Below, in pieces: positions 61,115-64,000 of a stretch of 64,000 bases of DNA (position 1 is its first letter; every line of letters begins with the position of its first letter). Source of the stretch: Camelus dromedarius (taxonomy: Eukaryota); assembly GCF_036321535.1 (NCBI RefSeq), contig NC_087437.1, forward strand, positions 15,998,001 to 16,062,000. The letters run 5' to 3'. The translations under genes and the position numbers were made by a program. Under the pieces are notes generated by a model. It was not told the DNA's origin. It worked only from the letters and a program-made list of their open reading frames with translations, and did no database searches.

Positions 61115-61450
61115 GTGTCCCATCAGGTCCCCGCAATGTCATCTCCATCGTCAATGAGACGTCCATCATTCTGGAGTGGCACCCGCCTCGGGAGACAGGT
61201 GGGCGGGATGATGTGACCTACAACATCATCTGTAAAAAGTGCCGGGCAGACCGCCGGAGCTGCTCTCGCTGCGACGACAATGTGGAGTTTGTGCCCAGGC
61301 AGCTGGGCTTGACCGAGTGCCGCGTCTCCATCAGCAGCCTGTGGGCCCACACGCCCTACACCTTCGACATCCAGGCCGTCAATGGCGTCTCCAGCAAGAG
61401 TCCCTTCCCCCCGCAGCACGTCTCCGTCAACATCACCACAAACCAAGCTG
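61115..61450 (+). CDS. EPHB1: EPHB1 internal coding exon (exon 5 by human numbering), first fibronectin type III domain
   Basis: Polypyrimidine tract plus acag ends at 61114 and donor gtaagt starts at 61451. The exon is 336 bp, phase 1-1. It translates as (S)VPSGPRNVISIVNETSIILEWHPPRETGGRDDVTYNIICKKCRADRRSCSRCDDNVEFVPRQLGLTECRVSISSLWAHTPYTFDIQAVNGVSSKSPFPPQHVSVNITTNQA, with sequons NET and NIT. It joins the upstream exon in frame (A|GT = Ser). Confidence 0.98.
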
Positions 61451-61759
61451 GTAAGTCTGTAGGCATCTGCATCCCTTCTGTCTGTCTGCCTGGCCGGTTC
61501 TTAGCAATCTCTGTGCTGGAACAAAGCTGCAGCCACGCCCATGGCATCAGTCTGCCCTCAGGCCTCCCCGCAGGAGTGAAGGTATCAGGCGATGGGCTTT
61601 TGTGAGCCTGGAGGAAGCAGGTGTAGTGTTCTACCTCTAAAAGTGAACCTGGATTCTGAGGGATTTTCTTGTGTCCAGTACAAAAGCCAAGATGTGTATC
61701 CCAACCAGGGTAGGACCCAGTGCTCCGCCCCTGGCTGGGGCTCAGCAAATGTCCTTGGA

Positions 61760-61822
61760 AGGATGGATGGACACACAGACGGATGGGTGGTAGGTGGACA
61801 GACAGGTGGACAGATGGATGCA
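61760..61822. repeat. Degenerate (GGAT/GGAC)n tetranucleotide repeat
   Basis: ggatggatggacacacagacggatgggtggtaggtggacagacaggtggacagatggatg. Confidence 0.7.
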
Positions 61823-62237
61823 TGATCTTGAGAACACAGGAGCCGCTAATTAGAAAGCCCCATGAAAGAGACTTCCCAGAAATCCTGTGATACTCAGTAT
61901 TGCCTTCATAGATTATTTTTCAGTTAAACCCACGTAATTCGAGAGTGTGTTCTCCTCTACAGCCTCCTCAGATGAACGCTGCGCTGTTACAGACACTTCA
62001 GGTAGTTGGCAATAGATCACGCCTGACCGCTGGTACATCCCCGTGGCACACGCAGCTCAGAACACATTTTCTTCTCTTCTCTTTGTTTCCCTCTCCTTTA
62101 CACTTCTGACCTTTTCTCCTTATTGCTTTTCACACCTCTTGCAAACATCCATTTCTTTTTATACCCATTTAATCAGTCCATTCATGCACTCCCTCACTTA
62201 TTTATTTACTCACTCATTTATTTATTTACTAACTCAT

Positions 62238-62381
62238 TTTCTTCTTTTTTGGGGGGTAATTAGGATTTATTTATTCATTTATTTACTTAATTACTTATTT
62301 TTAATGGAGGTACTGGGGATTGAACCCAGGACCTCGTGCATGCTAAGCATGTGCTCTACCACTGAGCCGTACCCTCCCCCC
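62238..62381 (-). mobile_element. Full-length tRNA-Ala(AGC)-derived SINE (camelid Vic-1-like)
   Basis: The minus strand reads GGGGGGAGGGTACGGCTCAGTGGTAGAGCACATGCTTAGCATGCACGAGGTCCTGGGTTCAATCCCCAGTACCTCCA, then an AT-rich body, CCTAATTACCCCCC and an A tail. A and B boxes are present. Flanks share actcatt. Confidence 0.9.
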
Positions 62382-64000
62382 TTACTCATTATGAAGAGAC
62401 AGTTATTCAGCATCTCTTGTGTGCACAGCTGTGGATTAGACACTGCGAGGGATACAGTGATGCTTAGACACCATTGTTCCTCCCATGAAACTCATTAACT
62501 GAAATATTTCCAGGACCTCGACACAAAGTGCAAAGCTGCAAGGTGGTGGATTCTAAGCACCGTGTGCTGGACAGATGCAGCAAATGACAAAGGAATGAGA
62601 GAGAAATGAGCAATCTCTCCCCTGGGGTGAGGGTGCTGGGCTGCAGAGGGGAAGCGAGCATCACGTCTATAGGCAGTGATGAGGGCCGTAGGTGGTGGAC
62701 CATGATCTTTGGAATTATGGATTTTTCTCAATCCACAAATTCTAAAAGGACAGCTTGTGAGGGGACTAGCAGGAGCCGAGCATTTCTCTTCGCTCTCTCT
62801 CCCTCCGTGTAGCTCCCAACTCTTGACCTCTTCTATCCTACCCCATCCTTTCTAACTCCTCACCTCCCCATGCTCAGTCTCATTCTGCCTCTTTCAATAC
62901 GAGGCATTTTGAACGGCAGATGATTCTGGGGTTTAAGCTTTCAGAACAGAGAAGAAAAAAAGGTGTCGTCGGAGAGCATGGCTGTCCAGATGGCTGCGTG
63001 GTTGCTGTGAGCGTGTGTGTGTTCTTGTGTGCGTGTTTGTATGTATGCGTATGGTCACGTGTTTACATGCATACGTGTGTAGTGAGAAAATAAGAGTGGA
63101 AGTGTGGAAGCCTCCAGCTGGTGACCACAGCCCCGGCGCCATGGAGACAAAGGTTGTGACGATCTCCCTTTATCCAGCGAGAAGGGAATGGTAATTTCTG
63201 CATCATGTCGAGCACGTAACATCGGTAGCCTTTGTTAGCAGTATTTCCCTTGGAGAGTTGAAGGCAGAAAACTGGCTGAAATATTTTAGTGTCCCAGCTT
63301 CTGGGAATAATAATCCTGCCAGGCTGTCATGTTTCGCCGGGCTTGGCTGTCTTCTCTCTCTCTCTAAGCATGTGTGAACAAACCTGCCACTTATATTGGT
63401 TTGCTTTGATTTCTGCCCCTCCCTCCCCTTCCCCTGCTATTCCCGAACCTGCCCATCTGCTTGTCTTGCCATCTGCACCTTCCCAGGCTGCAGCAGAGCC
63501 GAGGGACCCTGCATTACCAATATCCAAAATATTTATCTTTGTCCTCACCCATGTGCCTCTCCAGGAACATTTCTCATGCCCTTTGTTCCCCCTCCAATGG
63601 GCCCTTTCTTCTTAACCTTCCCTGGTTTTGTAGTCCCAGCCTCACTGTCACCTTTCAATCTGTGATTTCTCTTTGGGAATTCTGGAATTTGGGTGTCAGA
63701 GAGTTTACAGTCAATGAGAGAAGCATGCAGCTGCTTCTTGGTGGCATACGGCTATTATAAAATCAAGGTCAAGTTAACCAGCAGTTCCTGATCTGTGGGC
63801 GGTGGGGCTCTGAGGAACACAGTGCTGTCACACTGCTTTGGTGAATCTACACGTGAATGTAAATTACTTTCAGCCAACAGATAATTTGTTTTAAAAGAGA
63901 ACTTTCAAAATCAACATTTGAGCCTGTCCCTCTGCAAGAACAGTTTAGAAACATGAATGGAAGCCCCAGATTGTATAAGAGATGAAAGAGAGACGAAACA

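Noticed and set aside
61123..61823. Antisense ORFs over the FN3 exon
   Set aside because: Shadow frames caused by the high third-position GC content of the real exon.
62305..62376. Apparent tRNA-Ala(AGC) gene
   Set aside because: It is embedded in a SINE body with an A tail, has stem mismatches and has a second degenerate copy in the window. Called as a SINE.
1..64000. Novel multi-gene system, CRISPR array, rRNA, snoRNA or miRNA
   Set aside because: I saw no regularly spaced repeat arrays, operon-like ORF clusters or recognisable structured RNA genes. An Rfam/miRBase scan would be needed to exclude small intronic RNAs.

Overview
This is mammalian genomic DNA from inside the EPHB1 receptor tyrosine kinase gene on the + strand. 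A tRNA-Ala-derived SINE of the Vic-1 type suggests a camelid. Only two coding exons are present: 36430-36585 (156 bp, EGF-like Cys-rich module) and 61115-61450 (336 bp, first fibronectin type III repeat). From recall of the human gene these are exons 4 and 5. They splice in frame across a 24,529-bp GT-AG intron. The rest is intron, filled with MIR, L2, old L1M, young L1 3' ends, MER5A, MLT1 and a MER41-like solo LTR. The other ORFs in the track look like chance or repeat-derived frames. I see no evidence of a new multi-gene system. The best leads are regulatory: a sense-oriented MER41-like LTR with a STAT GAS motif and a poly(A) signal, a near-canonical REST RE1 site overlapping a MARE-like palindrome, in-frame +12 alternative acceptors on both exons, open read-through frames that could give soluble ectodomains, and homeodomain-motif-rich islands. 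Repeat family names come from recalled consensus sequences, not a database search, and most repeat boundaries are approximate.
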